The translations under genes were made by a program, and so were the position numbers. From assembly GCA_002269645.1 (NCBI GenBank), contig NIVC01000236.1:496001-560000 (forward strand): a stretch of 64,000 bases of DNA. The letters run 5' to 3'. The DNA is from Macrostomum lignano (taxonomy: Eukaryota). Below are positions 61,398 to 64,000 of the stretch, in pieces; the stretch's first letter is position 1, and each line of letters starts with the position of its first letter. A model generated the notes under the pieces. It was not told where the DNA came from. It ran no database searches and saw only the letters and a program-made list of their open reading frames with translations.

Positions 61398-63710
61398 TGT
61401 CTATTTGTTAAGTATTGTATGCTTAAGTTGTCTTAAGAACTTTAAAATTTAATTTTGCAATATACTAGGAGTTGACTTTAATTCTACCACCAAGCTACAA
61501 GTTATGATAAAGATGTTTTTTCTTACTATAAGTATCTTAAAACTTAAAAGATATGTATGTATGTGCATAGTAGTTCAACTTAAAAAAATAAAGAGCAACC
61601 TGTGCTCAAATTCATATCTATGGCCAAGCCATAGCATCTTCCCCCTTTAGTTAATTCTGTTCAGGTCACGTCCTAGTCAGCCTTTCCCAATTAGGTCCTG
61701 TAGAAAACTCTTGGTTTCTATCTCAGTCTTTGGCTACGCCTTGGTTTGGGGCTGCACTCTGGCTCCGGTGATTGTGTTGGCTTGTCCAACTCAGCAATCT
61801 TTTCTGGTAGCGACTCCTAGGCCTGGTCCTAATTGACTTGTAGGGGTCTCTGGTCTGTAGCCTATTCACCCTTTGGCTCATCTTGCCAAAATGGTAGCAA
61901 TTAATTGAAGTGTGCCTTTTTGAACTTTGGATTTCTTTGTCCGTCTTGATCATTGCCATGCTTCTCCCTATTAGGAGAACAATCTTGGCTGGAATGGGTG
62001 CGTCGTGCAAGTTTTTGTAGAAAACCTCGTCCTGTAGGTTCACCTCTCTGGTAGTGAAGGGAACTTGCAACTTCTGACTAAACATGAGCTCTGCTGGAGA
62101 TTCTCCTGCCCTGTTGCTAGATGATCAGTAGAATAGAAAAATGCAATCGATGGTCTTTTGGCTGAATCCATTCACTTTTATTCCTTCTTTGATTGTATGA
62201 ACGAAGCACATTGCAGTACCATTACTTTGCGGATAGTAGGCAGATGATGTCAGATGTGCGCAATCAATCCCTTTGAACCATTCAGTGAACTCGTGACTCA
62301 CAAAACTTGGACCATTATCAGATATAAGCATGCAAGGAATTCCAAATTGAGCAAATGTTCTCCTAAGTCTCTGTATTACTGTTCAGGCTGTCATGTCATT
62401 TCTGATATGCACCTCCAGGTATCCAGAGAATGAGTCCATAATCACCAACAGATATTGTCCCTAAATCAGGCCAGCAAAATCAATATGGTTGCAATCTCAT
62501 GGTCCTGATGTCTCTGGCTACAAAGTGTAAAAATTTTGATTAGACAGCTTTGCCATTTGACATATCTGACACTTATTGATAGCACTTTCTATGTCCTTAT
62601 CTATTGCTGGCCACCAGAACTCTATCCTTGCTAGCAATTTCAATCTGGCAATACTCCCTATAGAAAAGTTGTAAATCCGCGGACAGCGTCCGACGCACTT
62701 TAGAAATTTTTTTAAAGTGCGGTGCACGCACAGGCGCGCAGTGCCTGCATGCGCTGCCTTTTCTTGCTGGCTACTGCTCTAGCAAATACATATGCATGGA
62801 AAGGGGTCATCTAATACCTCTGTGGAAGGGGCCTATACACTTATAATTTATAAAGCTTAGAGATGTTCCAAAATTTCAATTTGAATTTTCCAAAATTAGA
62901 ATTTTTATTAAGAGCAAATTTCAATTTCGAATAAAATTAGAACTTAAAATTTGGAAGCGTCTAAAAAATTGCTAAATATATACTAATTTCTGCTACATAT
63001 ACATGTATTTCATTTTGCATAAGCAGTAAATTGAATGTAAAAAGTGAGCATTGGTCATACTAAACTTTGTTTTTCTGCATTTTGATTTTGGAAAATTTCA
63101 ATTTTGAATTTGGAAAGTTAACAAATTTTGATTTCAAGGAAACTGCTCTTTCAGGACATCTCTAATAATCCTAAAGCGCGGGAAAATAATTTGACTTTAT
63201 TCTAAAGCACGCGTCTGCGGGTTTTCAACATTTATTCTAATAGGGGCAATACTAAGGTGGGTCTAGTGAACTAACTGCCTTGATTGCTCTAGCTCTCAGT
63301 GATCTTGGAATAACCATTCATTGTCCTTGTAGAATCACTCCAGCTTGCGTACTCAACTTTCCCTAGACATACTTATGAAGTTCCTTGGCACTGAAATCCT
63401 CCTGGACAATGGCCTTCCAGAGCTGAGACATTTCAGTGCATCTTCGTGTGGCTGAATTAACTTCCCTGTACGATAAAAGATTCTCTGGCAGGTCCACATG
63501 GCCTATCTCCAGCGTTGTTTTGTTCTCTTGTGCAATCACCATTCGGGACAGAGCATCAGATATCATGTTTTTTGTTGATTGATACTCGATCTTGTAATCA
63601 TATGCTGTCAGGAAGATGGCCCATCTCTGCAGTCTAGCCAAAACTTGCACTGGAAGTTCCTGGTCTGCTGCTAGTAAGAAGATGATTGGCCTGTGATCTG
63701 TAATCTGTTA
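61398..63710 (-). mobile_element. Degenerate Ty3/gypsy remnant (RNase H end, integrase, PPT, probable 3' LTR)
   Basis: LARLQRWAIFLTAYDYKIEY..DALSR; FWWPAIDKDIE..CQICQ; LISDNGPSF..YYPQSNG; PPT AAAGGGGGAAGA followed by TG at 61636. The LTR end is approximate. Confidence 0.85.
62661..63239. mobile_element. MITE-like insertion inside the gypsy integrase
   Basis: Imperfect ~30-bp TIRs (tagaaaagttgtaaatccgcggacagcgt / acgcgtctgcgggttttcaacatttattcta); it interrupts the integrase zinc-binding region. Confidence 0.6.
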
Positions 63711-64000
63711 TGTCCTAAGACAGACCAGCCAGCTTCGTCTCGCACTCTGTACAAGCAGGGAAACTCAGCCCCAGTCCTGCTGCTTGCCAACCCACTATTG
63801 CACAAATGCGCAGGCAGTAGGCTGGCAACCAGGGTCGCAGCAAATGCACAGGCCCTGGTGACGATAACCTAATCAGGGGCTAAGATCTGAGGAAAGTTGA
63901 CCATTGGTTTTGGGATAGAAACTTTAACATGTTGCTAAGTGTATATAGTTTTTATATCTATACATGTAGCATTGTCTAAATAATTAAGGACTATTATATA

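Overview
Eukaryotic (metazoan) genomic DNA. GC-rich exons, satellite-filled introns and an NPF gene suggest a free-living flatworm such as Macrostomum; this is an inference. Five spliced host genes lie on the minus strand, and I checked each splice junction and reading phase by hand: a GT7 beta-1,4-galactosyl/GalNAc-transferase (4954-8774), V-ATPase subunit G (15046-23093), a complete pancreatic-lipase-like gene nested on the same strand inside the V-ATPase G intron (16840-18938), a 14-exon eIF4G (25925-34562) and a neuropeptide F/Y precursor (44320-45051). The first coding intron of eIF4G has U12 (minor spliceosome) signals and is followed by a 14-nt microexon. A diverged, inverted copy of the eIF4G 5' end, with the U12 donor conserved, sits at 60.8-61.1 kb. 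The ~40-60 kb stretch between the two copies is mostly transposon debris: an RTE LINE, three Ty3/gypsy remnants in the wider region, two P-element/THAP9-type elements with complementary lesions, a Tc1/IS630 derivative and a Crypton-like fragment. Also present are many mini- and microsatellites, a hAT MITE with an 8-bp TSD and a truncated LINE with a 14-bp TSD. No rRNA, intact tRNA or CRISPR array was seen.
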